Shown here in pieces: positions 1 through 10,173 of a DNA stretch of 64,000 nucleotides. Within the stretch, counting starts at the first letter, position 1. Every line of letters begins with the position of its first letter. Source of the DNA: an uncultured Neisseria sp. (GTDB lineage Bacteria; Pseudomonadota; Gammaproteobacteria; Burkholderiales; Neisseriaceae); assembly GCA_963456805.1 (NCBI GenBank), contig CAUOMQ010000001.1:3699-67698 (forward strand), read 5' to 3'. Position numbers and translations under genes: made by a program. The notes below the pieces were generated by a model. The model was not told the origin of the DNA and did no database searches. It saw nothing but the letters and a program-made list of their open reading frames with translations.

Positions 1-138
1 GTCGGCGTACTCATCCCCGTCATCATGGAAAAATCCGGCCGCGACCCCGCCTTGGGCAGCTCGGTGCTGATTACGGCGGTAACGGATTCAGGCGGTTTTC
101 TGATTTTCTTGGGGCTGGCAACGATGTTTTTGTTGTAA
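1..138 (+). CDS. mgtE: 3' end of MgtE-type Mg2+ transporter gene (5' part outside window)
   Basis: Frame 1 is open from the window edge: ...VLIPVIMEKSGRDPALGSSVLITAVTDSGGFLIFLGLATMFLL*, with TAA at 136-138. It resembles the conserved last TM segment of MgtE as I recall it. Confidence 0.55.
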   Translation, partial: VGVLIPVIMEKSGRDPALGSSVLITAVTDSGGFLIFLGLATMFLL

Positions 139-166
139 GGTTGTCTGAAAAGAGGATGGGAAAGAT

Positions 167-215
167 AAAAGGTCGTCTGAAACCATGTGATTACGGGTTT
201 CAGACGACCTTTTTG
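167..215 (+). terminator. DUS inverted-pair hairpin terminator after mgtE
   Basis: AAAAGGTCGTCTGAAACC...GGGTTTCAGACGACCTTTTT: two inverted uptake sequences form a long stem followed by a T-run. Confidence 0.7.
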
Positions 216-820
216 TGTTTTATGGTGGATGAACGTGAGCCCGAGATAAGCAAACAATTTCCCTTTAAATACAAAAAATTTTCTTGATAAGTAAATTCAA
301 CGGGCGACGGGTAGGGTGTGGCAATGCCTGCCGCGGATTGTAGCGTGGGCTTTGCCCACGGGATTGATGGCTTGGTTTCCGAGTCGGGAGATATATGGCG
401 TTTTTTTCGTGGGCGGAGCCCACTACGACTGGGGCGAGGTCGTCTGAAATCATAGGGTTACGATTTTCAGACGACCTTTATATTTAAAACTACATATGAC
501 TACATTTTTAAATATTATAGTTTTAATTGTAAATCATGATGTTATTTTAGTTCTGGTCGTCTGAAAAGGGAGTAGGTGGAAAATAGGGCGGTTTGGGCGG
601 TGTGGATACCTATTTTCGCACTTGAACAAAAATTCCTGATAAATGAATTAATTATATTTGTTTTTGAGATGGATTGTTTAAAAACGTTCTGATTGGTTGA
701 TGGCGATGTAGGCTTTTTCAGATAAGGATTCGAGGTGTTTTGAGGCGAGGATTTTGGGTTTATTTATGAAGTATTGTTCATTAATGATTGAATTTTTTAA
801 AAATATTTTAGAAAAAGTAT

Positions 821-849
821 TTGACAGCCTGAAAATTATTTTTTAAATT
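821..849 (+). promoter_or_regulatory. Candidate sigma70 promoter upstream of the prp cluster
   Basis: TTGACA (821-826), 17 nt, TAAATT (844-849) in the AT-rich intergenic region. Sequence-only prediction. Confidence 0.3.
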
Positions 850-895
850 TGTCCATACTTATAAAAACTACATAGCACTACAAAGGAACCCTATC

Positions 896-991
896 ATGAA
901 TCTGTACCAAACTTCCCCGTCTTGTTATAGATCGTCTTCTATCTCTGCCGCATCCGTCGTCGTCTGCTTTTGGGCAGTCGCGGCGGTCTGA
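896..991 (+). CDS. Possible 31-codon leader sORF (MNLYQTSPSCYRSSSISAASVVVCFWAVAAV)
   Basis: ATG 896 is preceded by CTACAAAGGAACCCTATC, the same leader type as prpB/prpC/ackA. It lies downstream of the candidate promoter and is too short for the ORF track. Confidence 0.2.
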   Translation: MNLYQTSPSCYRSSSISAASVVVCFWAVAAV

Positions 992-1325
992 CGGCTCTTC
1001 GCCCGAATCAGGGTTTCCGCATTTCTGCGGACGGTTTGGGTTTTGAAAATTCTGTCTTTCCAGCTTTATTTCCTTTCCGAATTTAAAAATTATTAAAAAT
1101 TTCATATACCTCCACCTTAGCCGAATTGTTTGTATTGAAGTTGTTAACTGATTGTTTTTATTGATTTTGATTTTTCAGACGACCTGATGGGTTTGGGTTT
1201 TGAAAGGTCGTCTGAAAATGGTTTTGAAACCATTGTTTCTTTTTGAACGGTTCGTTTCAGGTTTTGCGGAAACCGGGCCGCTGAGTCGATACTGAAAAAA
1301 ATCTAATCTACAAAGGAGAAATACC

Positions 1326-2201
1326 ATGAGCCAACTTTCTGCCGGCACCCGTTTCCGCCAAGCTGTGAAGGAGTCGAATCCTCTTGCCGTGGTCGGCTGT
1401 GTGAACGCTTATTTTGCGCGGCTGGCGACGCAGAGCGGGTTTAAGGCGGTGTATCTGTCGGGCGGCGGCGTGGCGGCCTGTTCGTGCGGGATTCCGGATT
1501 TGGGCATCACCACGATGGAAGATGTGCTGATTGATGCGCGGCGGATTACGGACAACGTGGATACGCCTTTGCTGGTGGACATTGATGTCGGCTGGGGCGG
1601 GGCGTTCAATATCGCGCGCACGATTCGCAATTTCGAGCGTGCGGGCGTGGCGGCGGTGCATATCGAAGACCAAGTGGCGCAGAAACGTTGCGGGCATCGT
1701 CCGAACAAGGCCATTGTTTCTAAAGATGAAATGGTTGACCGCATTAAAGCCGCCGTGGATGCGCGCGTGGATGAGAATTTTGTGATTATGGCGCGGACGG
1801 ACGCGCTGGCGGTGGAAGGTTTGGATGCCGCCATCGAGCGGGCGCAGGCTTGCGTGGAAGCGGGCGCGGACATGATTTTCCCCGAAGCGATGACGGATTT
1901 GGCGATGTATCGGCAATTTGCGGATGCGGTGAAAGTGCCCGTGTTGGCGAACATTACCGAATTCGGCGCGACGCCGCTTTATACGCAGCGCGAGCTGGCG
2001 GATAACGGTGTGTCGCTGGTGCTGTATCCGCTGTCGTCGTTCCGCGCCGCGAGCAAGGCCGCGCTGAATGTTTATGAGGCGATTATGCGCGACGGCACGC
2101 AGGCGGCGGTGGTCGATACCATGCAGACACGCGCCGAGCTTTACGAGCATTTGAATTATCACGACTTCGAGCAGAAGCTGGATAAATTGTTTCAGAAGTA
2201 A
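1326..2201 (+). CDS. prpB: Methylisocitrate lyase
   Basis: 291-aa ORF of the PEP-mutase/isocitrate-lyase superfamily (..[13 protein letters not shown].., ..[11 protein letters not shown]..). It has a strong SD and is the first gene of prpB-prpC-acnD-prpF synteny. Confidence 0.92.
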   Translation: MSQLSAGTRFRQAVKESNPLAVVGCVNAYFARLATQSGFKAVYLSGGGVAACSCGIPDLGITTMEDVLIDARRITDNVDTPLLVDIDVGWGGAFNIARTIRNFERAGVAAVHIEDQVAQKRCGHRPNKAIVSKDEMVDRIKAAVDARVDENFVIMARTDALAVEGLDAAIERAQACVEAGADMIFPEAMTDLAMYRQFADAVKVPVLANITEFGATPLYTQRELADNGVSLVLYPLSSFRAASKAALNVYEAIMRDGTQAAVVDTMQTRAELYEHLNYHDFEQKLDKLFQK

Positions 2202-2282
2202 AAAACCGTTTTCAGACGGCCCCCAACCTTCAATAGGTCGTCTGAAAACCCAAAACCCATAAAAACACAAAGGAGAAATACC

Positions 2283-3437
2283 ATGACTGCAACCCCCGAA
2301 ACCCCGACCTTCAAACCGAAAAAATCCGTTGCCCTCTCCGGCGTAGCGGCGGGCAATACCGCGCTGTGTACCGTCGGCCGCACCGGCAACGATTTGAGCT
2401 ACCGCGGTTACGACATCCTCGATTTGGCGCAGAAATGCGAGTTTGAAGAAGTCGCCTACCTGCTGATTCACGGCCACCTGCCCAACAAATTCGAACTCGC
2501 CGCCTACAAAGCCAAGCTCAAATCCATGCGCGGCCTGCCTATCCGCGTGATTAAGGTGTTGGAAAGCCTGCCCGCGCACACGCATCCGATGGACGTCATG
2601 CGTACCGGCGTGTCCATGCTCGGCTGCGTTCATCCCGAACGCGAAAGTCACCCCGAAAGCGAAGCGCGCGACATCGCGGACAAACTCATCGCCAGCCTCG
2701 GCAGCATCCTGCTTTACTGGTATCAATATTCGCACAACGGCAAACGCATCGACGTTGAAAGCAAAGAAGACACCATCGGCGGCCACTTCCTGCACCTGTT
2801 GCACGGCAAACGCCCGACCGAATTGCAGGTGAAAGCCATGCACGTTTCGCTGATTCTGTATGCCGAACACGAGTTCAACGCTTCCACCTTCACCGCCCGC
2901 GTGATTGCCGGTACGGGTTCGGACATGTATTCCTGCATCACCGGCGCCATCGGTGCGCTCAAAGGTCCGAAACACGGAGGCGCGAACGAAGTCGCCTACG
3001 ACATCCAAAAACGCTACCGCAACGCCGACGAAGCCGAAGCCGACATCCGCGAACGCATCGCCCGCAAAGAAATCGTTATCGGGTTCGGTCATCCGGTTTA
3101 CACCATTTCCGACCCGCGCAACGTCGTGATTAAAGAAGTGGCGCGCGGTTTGAGCCGGGAAGCGGGCGACATGCGCCTCTTCGACATCGCCGAACGCTTG
3201 GAAAGCGTAATGTGGGAAGAGAAAAAAATGTTCCCGAACTTGGACTGGTTCTCCGCCGTGTCCTACCAAAAACTCGGCGTACCGACCGCCATGTTCACGC
3301 CGCTCTTCGTGATTTCGCGCTCCACCGGCTGGGCGGCACACGTCCTCGAACAGCGCAAAGACGGCAAAATCATCCGTCCGAGCGCGAACTACACCGGCCC
3401 TGAAGACTTGGCGTTTGTGGAAATTGAAGAACGCTGA
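2283..3437 (+). CDS. prpC: 2-methylcitrate synthase
   Basis: 384-aa ORF of the citrate synthase family (..[13 protein letters not shown].., ..NLDWFSAV..), directly after prpB with an identical SD leader. Confidence 0.92.
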   Translation: MTATPETPTFKPKKSVALSGVAAGNTALCTVGRTGNDLSYRGYDILDLAQKCEFEEVAYLLIHGHLPNKFELAAYKAKLKSMRGLPIRVIKVLESLPAHTHPMDVMRTGVSMLGCVHPERESHPESEARDIADKLIASLGSILLYWYQYSHNGKRIDVESKEDTIGGHFLHLLHGKRPTELQVKAMHVSLILYAEHEFNASTFTARVIAGTGSDMYSCITGAIGALKGPKHGGANEVAYDIQKRYRNADEAEADIRERIARKEIVIGFGHPVYTISDPRNVVIKEVARGLSREAGDMRLFDIAERLESVMWEEKKMFPNLDWFSAVSYQKLGVPTAMFTPLFVISRSTGWAAHVLEQRKDGKIIRPSANYTGPEDLAFVEIEER

Positions 3438-3772
3438 GACGGACCACAACCGTAGGAGACGCCAATCGGATTTCAGACGACGTGTAGCGCGGGCTTTGCC
3501 CGCGGAAAACTGAGTCCCGCCTACGGTTCCGCTTTTCAGACGGCCTGTTGAAATATGCGAGAGAGAAGGTCGTCTGAAAAAACAGCCGCAACGTCTGCCG
3601 TCATTCCCGCCCCCGCCTAAGCGAGGACAGGCCGCGGTGGGAATGGCGGAGGCAGCGCGGCAACTTTCTGAAATAAAGGCGTTTGATTATCAAGAGGTAA
3701 ATAAAGATTTTGGAGGGATTTTCTTTTCGAAAAACAATAATGTAACTATGTGGAAAGTATTATGGAGTAAAT

Positions 3773-4684
3773 ATGAAGCTGCCTGATTTACTGATGGGAA
3801 TATTTTTGGCAGTTTCTGCAGCCCTTCTGAATGCAACTATCGGTATATTCAGTAAGGTATTAATGGAGCAGGGCTTGTCTGTTCAGCATATTGCATTTTT
3901 GAAAACTTTGACAGGTTTTGTGTTTATCAGCATTTTGCTTTGCCGTACCGGTTTTACCAGACAGATTGCGGATATTTCAAAAAAGAAAGAGGCAATCTTG
4001 CCGTTGCTGTTAAAAGTCGCAATTTGTGCTTTTTTCGGAATTTACACTTTGTTTTTCTTTGAAACCACCGCTTATCAATACGGTAATGCTGCGAATGTAG
4101 TAGTTGTATTAATGGCATCGGCTGCTGTATCTGCCTTGATATTGGACAGCATACTATTAGACGAACGTATTTATATTTCTTCAGTCGTCGGTGTGGGTTT
4201 GGCAGTATCGGGGATCGCGGTGATTTCTTGGACTGGAGAAGGAAATTTAGGGTTGATTCTGAATGCCGCACTGGCGGGCTCGGGTTACGGTTGTTTTTCC
4301 GTTTTGATTAAAAAATTCGGCTTAAACGGCGGTATTTATTTGACACGGATCTTGATGTTTTTTGGAAGTATTTTTTTGTTTATCCCTTCATTGGAAGGTA
4401 TTGGGGATATACATTGGCAATGGTCTTTTATTCCGCCACTCTTGGCACTGTCTTTATTGCCGACGATTTTAGGATTTTATTGTACAACTAAAGCATTGGA
4501 TTATTTGAGTGCCGCGAAGGTGCAGGTAACTGAATTGGCCGAGCCATTATTTGCCGCCGTACTGGCTTGGATGTTTTTGAATGAAATACCGGAAGGACGC
4601 TTCTTTGTCGGCGCTATTCTGATTATTGCCGGTATTGTGTCTATCAATGGATTGTATAGACCATTGTTGAAGCGAGTTGAATAG
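3773..4684 (+). CDS. DMT/EamA-family membrane transporter embedded in the prp cluster
   Basis: 303-aa ORF that is almost entirely hydrophobic, with about 10 TM segments in two EamA-like halves. It is visibly AT-richer than its neighbours. Confidence 0.75.
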   Translation: MKLPDLLMGIFLAVSAALLNATIGIFSKVLMEQGLSVQHIAFLKTLTGFVFISILLCRTGFTRQIADISKKKEAILPLLLKVAICAFFGIYTLFFFETTAYQYGNAANVVVVLMASAAVSALILDSILLDERIYISSVVGVGLAVSGIAVISWTGEGNLGLILNAALAGSGYGCFSVLIKKFGLNGGIYLTRILMFFGSIFLFIPSLEGIGDIHWQWSFIPPLLALSLLPTILGFYCTTKALDYLSAAKVQVTELAEPLFAAVLAWMFLNEIPEGRFFVGAILIIAGIVSINGLYRPLLKRVE

Positions 4685-4775
4685 TTTTTATTTCCCAAGA
4701 TTTCAGACGACCCCTTCAAAAACGTCGTCTGAAACCCCAAACCACAAGAAAAATAGATCCACAGGAGAACTGAAC

Positions 4776-7385
4776 ATGGCTGCCAACCAACGTTACCGCA
4801 AACCGCTGCCCGGTACGGATTTGGAATACTACGACGCGCGTGCGGCGTGTGAGGACATTCAAGCCGGCTCTTACGACAAGCTGCCTTACACGAGCCGTAT
4901 TTTGGCGGAGAACTTGGTCAACCGCGCGGACAAAGTCGATTTGCCGACGCTGCAAAGCTGGCTGGGCCAGTTGATAGAAGGCAAGCAGGAAATCGATTTT
5001 CCGTGGTATCCCGCGCGGGTGGTGTGCCACGATATTCTGGGGCAGACCGCGCTGGTGGATTTGGCGGGTTTGCGCGATGCGATTGCAGAGAAGGGCGGCG
5101 ATCCTGCCAAAGTGAATCCGGTGGTGCAGACACAGCTTATCGTCGACCACTCGCTGGCGGTGGAATGCGGCGGCTACGACCCCGATGCGTTCCGTAAAAA
5201 CCGCGAAATCGAAGACCGCCGTAACGAAGACCGTTTCCACTTTATCAACTGGACGAAAACCGCTTTTGAGAATGTGGACGTGATTCCGGCGGGCAACGGC
5301 ATCATGCACCAAATCAATCTGGAAAAAATGTCGCCCGTCGTCCAAGTCAAAAACGGCGTGGCATTCCCCGACACCTGCGTCGGCACGGACTCGCACACGC
5401 CGCACGTTGACGCGCTGGGCGTGATTTCCGTAGGCGTGGGCGGTTTGGAAGCGGAAACCGTGATGCTGGGACGCGCGTCCATGATGCGCCTGCCCGATAT
5501 TGTCGGCGTGGCGCTGACGGGCAAACGGCAGGCGGGCATTACGGCGACGGATATTGTGTTGGCGCTGACCGAGTTTCTGCGCAAAGAGCGCGTGGTCGGG
5601 GCGTTTGTCGAATTTTTCGGCGAGGGCGCGAGAAGTTTATCCATCGGCGACCGCGCGACCATTTCTAACATGACGCCGGAGTTCGGCGCGACTGCCGCCA
5701 TGTTCGCCATCGACGCGCAAACCATTGATTATTTGAAACTGACCGGACGCGACGACGCGCAGGTGAAATTGGTGGAAACCTACGCCAAAACCGCCGGACT
5801 GTGGGCGGACGACCTGAAAACCGCCGTTTATCCGCGCGTGTTGAAGTTTGATTTGAGCAGCGTAACGCGCAACATGGCAGGTCCGAGCAACCCGCACGCG
5901 CGTTTTGCCACCGTCGATTTGGCGGCGAAAGGGCTGGCGAAGCCTTACGAAGAGCCTTCAGACGGCCTCATGCCCGACGGCGCGGTCATCATCGCCGCGA
6001 TTACCAGTTGCACCAACACTTCCAACCCGCGCAACGTCGTTGCCGCCGCGCTCTTGGCGCGCAACGCCAACCGCTTCGGGCTGAAACGCAAACCGTGGGT
6101 CAAAACCTCGTTTGCCCCCGGTTCGAAAGTGGCGGAAATTTATTTGAAAGAAGCAGGCCTGCTGCCCGAAATGGAAAAACTCGGCTTCGGCATTGTCGCC
6201 TTCGCCTGCACCACCTGCAACGGCATGAGCGGCGCGCTCGACCCGAAAATCCAGCAGGAAATCATAGACCGCGATTTGTACGCCACCGCCGTACTGTCGG
6301 GCAACCGCAACTTCGACGGCCGCATCCACCCGTATGCGAAACAGGCTTTCCTCGCTTCGCCCCCGCTGGTGGTGGCATACGCCGTCGCGGGCAGCATCCG
6401 TTTCGATATTGAAAACGACGTACTCGGCGTTTCAGACGACGGCAAGGAAATCCGCCTGAAAGACATCTGGCCGACCGACGAAGAAATCGATGCCGTCGTT
6501 GCCGAATATGTGAAACCGCAGCAGTTCCGCGACGTGTATGTACCGATGTTCGACACCGGCAAAGCGCAAAAAGCCCCGAGTCCGCTGTACGACTGGCGTC
6601 CGATGTCCACCTACATCCGCCGTCCGCCCTATTGGGAAGGTGCGTTGGCAGGCGAACGCAGCCTGACGGGAATGCGGCCCTTGGCGATTCTGCCCGACAA
6701 CATCACCACCGACCACATTTCGCCTTCGAACGCGATTCTGGCGGCGAGTGCGGCAGGTGAATATCTGGCGAAAATGGGTTTGCCCGAAGAAGACTTCAAT
6801 TCCTACGCCACCCACCGCGGCGACCACCTCACCGCCCAACGCGCGACTTTCGCCAATCCCAAATTGTTTAACGAAATGGTGAAAAACGAAGACGGCAGCG
6901 TGCGCCAAGGCTCGCTCGCCCGCGTCGAACCCGAAGGCGAAACCATGCGCATGTGGGAAGCCATCGAAACCTATATGAACCGCAAACAGCCGCTCATCAT
7001 CATCGCCGGCGCGGACTACGGACAAGGCTCCAGCCGCGACTGGGCGGCGAAGGGCGTGCGGCTGGCGGGCGTGGAAGCCATCGCTGCCGAAGGTTTCGAG
7101 CGCATCCACCGCACCAACCTCATCGGCATGGGCGTCTTGCCGCTGCAATTCAAACCCGGCACCAACCGCCACACCCTGCAACTGGACGGCACGGAAACCT
7201 ACGACGTGGTCGGCGAACGCAAACCGCGCGGCGACCTGACCCTCGTCATCCACCGCAAAAACGGCGAAACCGTCGAAGTCCCCGTTACCTGCCGCCTCGA
7301 TACCGCAGAGGAAGTGCTGGTGTACGAAGCCGGCGGCGTGCTGCAACGGTTTGCACAGGACTTTTTGGAAGGGAACGCGGCTTAG
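4776..7385 (+). CDS. acnD: Fe/S-dependent 2-methylcitrate dehydratase (aconitase family, AcnD type)
   Basis: The track ORF is 4677-7385. I place the start at ATG 4776 (MAANQRYRK.., GGAG upstream). Aconitase motifs are present (..GTDSHTP.., ..CTTCNG.., ..SGNRNFDGR..), and prpF follows as expected for AcnD. Confidence 0.9.
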   Translation: MAANQRYRKPLPGTDLEYYDARAACEDIQAGSYDKLPYTSRILAENLVNRADKVDLPTLQSWLGQLIEGKQEIDFPWYPARVVCHDILGQTALVDLAGLRDAIAEKGGDPAKVNPVVQTQLIVDHSLAVECGGYDPDAFRKNREIEDRRNEDRFHFINWTKTAFENVDVIPAGNGIMHQINLEKMSPVVQVKNGVAFPDTCVGTDSHTPHVDALGVISVGVGGLEAETVMLGRASMMRLPDIVGVALTGKRQAGITATDIVLALTEFLRKERVVGAFVEFFGEGARSLSIGDRATISNMTPEFGATAAMFAIDAQTIDYLKLTGRDDAQVKLVETYAKTAGLWADDLKTAVYPRVLKFDLSSVTRNMAGPSNPHARFATVDLAAKGLAKPYEEPSDGLMPDGAVIIAAITSCTNTSNPRNVVAAALLARNANRFGLKRKPWVKTSFAPGSKVAEIYLKEAGLLPEMEKLGFGIVAFACTTCNGMSGALDPKIQQEIIDRDLYATAVLSGNRNFDGRIHPYAKQAFLASPPLVVAYAVAGSIRFDIENDVLGVSDDGKEIRLKDIWPTDEEIDAVVAEYVKPQQFRDVYVPMFDTGKAQKAPSPLYDWRPMSTYIRRPPYWEGALAGERSLTGMRPLAILPDNITTDHISPSNAILAASAAGEYLAKMGLPEEDFNSYATHRGDHLTAQRATFANPKLFNEMVKNEDGSVRQGSLARVEPEGETMRMWEAIETYMNRKQPLIIIAGADYGQGSSRDWAAKGVRLAGVEAIAAEGFERIHRTNLIGMGVLPLQFKPGTNRHTLQLDGTETYDVVGERKPRGDLTLVIHRKNGETVEVPVTCRLDTAEEVLVYEAGGVLQRFAQDFLEGNAA

Positions 7386-7426
7386 AGGTCGTCTGAAAAC
7401 CCGAATCAGAAACAAGGAGAAACAGA

Positions 7427-8596
7427 ATGCCGCAAATCAAAATCCCCGCCGTTTACTACCGCGGCGGCACATCAAAAGGCGTGTTTTTCAAACGTTCCGA
7501 CCTGCCCGAGGCGGCGCGGGAAGCGGGCAGCGCGCGCGACAAAATCTTGTTGCGCGTACTCGGCAGCCCTGACCCCTACGGCAAGCAGATAGACGGTTTG
7601 GGCAACGCCAGTTCGTCCACCAGCAAGGCGGTGATTTTGGACAAGTCCGAACGTGCCGACCACGACGTCGATTACCTTTTCGGGCAAGTTTCCATCGACA
7701 AGCCTTTCGTCGATTGGAGCGGTAATTGCGGCAACCTCACCGCCGCCGTGGGCGCGTTCGCCATCGAGCAGGGCTTGGTCGATAAAGGCAAAATCCCTTC
7801 AGACGGCATCTGCATGGTGAAAATCTGGCAGAAAAACATCGGCAAAACCATCATCGCCCATGTTCCGATGCAAAACGGCGAAGTCTTGGAAACGGGCGAT
7901 TTCGAGTTGGACGGCGTTACCTTTCCCGCCGCCGAAGTGCAAATCGAATTCCTCGACCCCGCCGACGGCGAAGGCAGTATGTTCCCGACCGGCAACCTGG
8001 TGGACGAGCTGGACGTTCCGGGCATAGGTCGTCTGAAAGCCACGCTCATCAACGCGGGCATTCCGACCGTTTTCCTGAACGCCGCCGACTTGGGCTACAC
8101 GGGCAAAGAGTTGCAGGACGACATCAACAACGATGCCGCCGCGCTGGAAAAATTCGAGAAAATCCGTGCTTACGGTGCGCTGAAAATGGGCTTGATTAAC
8201 GACGTGTCCGAAGCCGCCGCCCGCGCGCACACGCCGAAAGTCGCCTTCGTCGCGCCCGTCGCCGATTACACCGCCTCCAGCGGCAAAACCGTGAACGCCG
8301 CCGACATCGATTTGCTGGTACGCGCCCTGAGCATGGGCAAACTGCACCATGCCATGATGGGCACCGCCTCGGTCGCCATCGCCGCTGCCGCCGCCGTCCC
8401 CGGCACGCTGGTCAACCTCGCCGCAGGCGGCGGAACGCGCAACGAAGTGCGCTTCGGCCATCCTTCCGGCACATTGCGCGTCGGCGCGGCGGCAGAATGT
8501 TCGGACGGCATTTGGGCAGTGAAAAAAGCCGTCATGAGCCGCAGCGCGCGCGTGATTATGGAAGGGCGGGTGCGCGTTCCCGATGATTGTTTTTGA
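7427..8596 (+). CDS. prpF: 2-methylaconitate cis-trans isomerase
   Basis: 389-aa ORF with the N-terminus ..YYRGGTSKGVFF.. typical of PrpF as I recall it. It lies immediately downstream of acnD. Confidence 0.88.
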   Translation: MPQIKIPAVYYRGGTSKGVFFKRSDLPEAAREAGSARDKILLRVLGSPDPYGKQIDGLGNASSSTSKAVILDKSERADHDVDYLFGQVSIDKPFVDWSGNCGNLTAAVGAFAIEQGLVDKGKIPSDGICMVKIWQKNIGKTIIAHVPMQNGEVLETGDFELDGVTFPAAEVQIEFLDPADGEGSMFPTGNLVDELDVPGIGRLKATLINAGIPTVFLNAADLGYTGKELQDDINNDAAALEKFEKIRAYGALKMGLINDVSEAAARAHTPKVAFVAPVADYTASSGKTVNAADIDLLVRALSMGKLHHAMMGTASVAIAAAAAVPGTLVNLAAGGGTRNEVRFGHPSGTLRVGAAAECSDGIWAVKKAVMSRSARVIMEGRVRVPDDCF

Positions 8597-8685
8597 AATC
8601 ATGTAGGACGGACATCACTGTCCACTGTTTCAGACGACATTTGATAAAGGATTGTGCAATAAAGCTGAATAGCCTAACCGCCGTC

Positions 8686-8783
8686 ATTCCCGCGCAGGCG
8701 GGAATCCACAGTCGATATTCTGTTTCCTGATTTTTATCAGAGCTTGCTTGTTAGCAAATATGGATTCCCGCCTGCGCGGGAAT
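8686..8783. repeat. Neisseria intergenic mosaic element bounded by dRS3 inverted repeats
   Basis: ATTCCCGCGCAGGCGGGAAT (8686-8705) and ATTCCCGCCTGCGCGGGAAT (8764-8783) fit the ATTCCC-N8-GGGAAT dRS3 pattern and bracket about 58 bp. Confidence 0.7.
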
Positions 8784-8908
8784 GACGATAGAAAATGCGG
8801 CATACGCTTTGCCCAAAGAGGCCGTCTGAAACACACCCCGCCCAACGCCCATCCTTTTTCAGACGACCCCACACCAAAAAAACACCACAAACTACAAGGA
8901 GAAACATC

Positions 8909-10120
8909 ATGTCCGACCAACTCATCCTCGTCCTGAACTGCGGCAGTTCCTCGCTCAAAGGTGCCGTTATCGACCGCAAAAGCGGCAGCGTCGTCCTAAG
9001 CTGCCTCGGCGAACGTTTGGGTACGCCCGAAGCCGTCATCACCTTCAACAAAGACGGCAACAAACGCCAAGTTCCCCTGACCGGCCGCAACTGCCACGCC
9101 GGCGCAGTGGGTATGCTGTTGAACGAACTGGAAAAACACGGCCTGCACGACCGCATCAAAGCCATCGGCCACCGCATCGCCCACGGCGGCGAAAAATATC
9201 ACGAGTCCGTCCTCATCGACCAAGACGTCCTTGACGAACTGAAAGCCTGCATCCCGCTCGCCCCGCTGCACAACCCCGCCAACATCAGCGGCATCCTCGC
9301 CGCGCAGGAACACTTCCCCGGCCTGCCCAACGTCGGCGTGATGGACACCTCGTTCCACCAAACCATGCCCGAACGCGCCTACACCTACGCCGTGCCACGC
9401 GAATTGCGCAAAAAACACGCCTTCCGCCGCTACGGCTTCCACGGCACCAGCATGCGCTACGTCGCCCCCGAAGCCGCGCGGATTCTGGGCAAACCGCTGG
9501 AAGACCTGCGCATGATCGTCGCCCACCTCGGCAACGGAGCGTCCATCACCGCCATCCGAAACGGCAAATCCGTCGATACCAGCATGGGCTTCACCCCCAT
9601 CGAAGGCCTCGTTATGGGCACCCGCTGCGGCGACATCGACCCCGGCGTGTACAGCTACCTGACCGCCCACGCCGGCATGAACATTGAACAAGTCGATGAA
9701 ATGCTGAACAAAAAATCAGGATTGCTCGGCATCTCCGAACTCTCCAACGACTGCCGCACCCTCGAAATCGCCGCCGACGAAGGCCACGAAGGCGCACGCC
9801 TCGCCCTCGAAGTCATGACCTACCGCCTCGCCAAATACATCGCCTCGATGTCGGTCGCCTGCGGCGGCATAGACGCCCTCGTCTTCACCGGCGGCATCGG
9901 CGAAAACTCCCGCAACATTCGCGCCAAAACCGTCGCCTACCTCGACTATTTGGGTTTGCACATCGACACCAAAGCCAATATGGAAAAACGCTACGGCAAC
10001 TCAGGCATCATCAGCCCGACAGGTTCCAATCCCGCCGTTTTGGTCGTACCGACTAACGAAGAACTGATGATCGCACTCGACACCGCCGAACTGGCAGGCT
10101 TTTTGCAAGAAGCAGGCTAG
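8909..10120 (+). CDS. ackA: Acetate/propionate kinase
   Basis: The track ORF starts at 8795. I use ATG 8909 (MSDQLILVLNCGSSSLK.., SD AAGGAG). Acetokinase family motifs are present (..RIAHGG.., ..FHGTS.., ..VFTGGIGENS..). Confidence 0.9.
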   Translation: MSDQLILVLNCGSSSLKGAVIDRKSGSVVLSCLGERLGTPEAVITFNKDGNKRQVPLTGRNCHAGAVGMLLNELEKHGLHDRIKAIGHRIAHGGEKYHESVLIDQDVLDELKACIPLAPLHNPANISGILAAQEHFPGLPNVGVMDTSFHQTMPERAYTYAVPRELRKKHAFRRYGFHGTSMRYVAPEAARILGKPLEDLRMIVAHLGNGASITAIRNGKSVDTSMGFTPIEGLVMGTRCGDIDPGVYSYLTAHAGMNIEQVDEMLNKKSGLLGISELSNDCRTLEIAADEGHEGARLALEVMTYRLAKYIASMSVACGGIDALVFTGGIGENSRNIRAKTVAYLDYLGLHIDTKANMEKRYGNSGIISPTGSNPAVLVVPTNEELMIALDTAELAGFLQEAG

Positions 10121-10173
10121 GGGATAGGGCAGAGCGTTTTTGAAAGAGAAAAGAGGTCGTCTGAAAGATGGGT

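Noticed and set aside
335-356. GC-rich hairpin TGTAGCG(T/C)GGGCTTTGCCC(A/G)CG, with a second copy at 3484-3505, as a functional element
   Set aside because: It looks like an ordinary short REP-type intergenic hairpin present twice in host spacers. The ORFs crossing it (both reading ..RGQSPRY..) are artefacts. There is nothing to suggest more than a dispersed repeat.
878-1105. 75-aa minus-strand ORF with a very strong SD (AAGGTGGAGGTATATG) in the prp upstream region
   Set aside because: The product is low-complexity and highly charged, it overlaps the plus-strand sORF, and I see no family resemblance. The SD-like run may be coincidental. I left it unannotated, but ribosome profiling could revive it.
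1308-3449. 713-aa ORF antisense to prpB and prpC. Similar long antisense ORFs occur at 6432-7415, 33900-34958, 55538-57250 and 7799-8602.
   Set aside because: They lie exactly opposite strongly supported genes. They are Arg/Ala/Gly/His-rich with no motifs, have no SD, and are typical shadow ORFs of GC-biased coding DNA.
8795-8908. N-terminal extensions offered by the ORF track: ackA from 8795, acnD from 4677, the lipoprotein from 45369, the transposase from 43484, and gemA from 37199
   Set aside because: The extensions run through repeats, terminators or the preceding gene and lack an SD. Internal ATGs with good SDs give the canonical N-termini.
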